From Ciconia boyciana (lineage: Eukaryota): 64,000 nucleotides of DNA. The position numbers and the translations under genes are program-made. Numbering within the stretch: the stretch's first letter is position 1; the number at the start of each line of letters is the position of its first letter. The notes beneath the pieces are model-generated. The model was not told where the DNA came from. It saw only the letters and a list, made by a program, of their open reading frames with translations, and ran no database searches. Shown piece by piece: positions 61,967-64,000 of the stretch. The stretch spans positions 319,423 through 383,422 of the forward strand of contig NC_132969.1 of the NCBI RefSeq assembly GCF_034638445.1. Direction: 5' to 3'.

Positions 61967-64000
<2,034 letters not shown>

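Overview
This is a very GC-rich eukaryotic window syntenic to human 16p11.2. Taxonomic placement as sauropsid/avian micro- or dot-chromosome type is inference. Four protein-coding genes are recognisable from conserved exon translations with canonical AG/GT boundaries. (1) TAOK2 lies on the + strand with 18 coding exons from 2783 to 39813, plus a probable alternative read-through tail at 25179-26018. (2) CDIPT lies on the + strand with 6 coding exons at 40648-45352, its ATG only about 0.8 kb after the TAOK2 stop. (3) PRRT2 lies on the - strand with at least two coding exons (49109-49241 and 52803-53566) and a 5-prime non-coding exon donor near 53728. (4) The 3-prime four exons of a ficolin/angiopoietin-like fibrinogen-related-domain (FReD) gene lie on the - strand at 56430-62121. 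Its 5-prime part is outside the window or hidden in repeats. Exons make up well under 10% of the window. Almost every intron and intergenic spacer is filled by its own tandem minisatellite array. About 35 arrays are listed, with units of 6-185 bp and several with higher-order periods of 175, 178, 290 and about 630 bp. Most long ORFs in the supplied six-frame track are therefore compositional artefacts (Gly/Trp-, Pro-, His-rich). Notable points: a TAOK2-alpha-like hydrophobic read-through tail; frame disruptions at G/C homopolymers inside the PRRT2 and FReD exons; the 16p11.2 block collapsed relative to human; a 185-bp CCAAT-box-bearing tandem array between PRRT2 and the FReD gene; a compact TAOK2-polyA/CDIPT-promoter island with a CRE and AT-rich palindromes; and a 9-bp array open in all six frames that reads (Gly-Asp-X)n on the strand opposite to the FReD gene. 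No rRNA, tRNA, CRISPR or recognisable transposon was found. All exon coordinates were derived by hand and may be off by a few bases.
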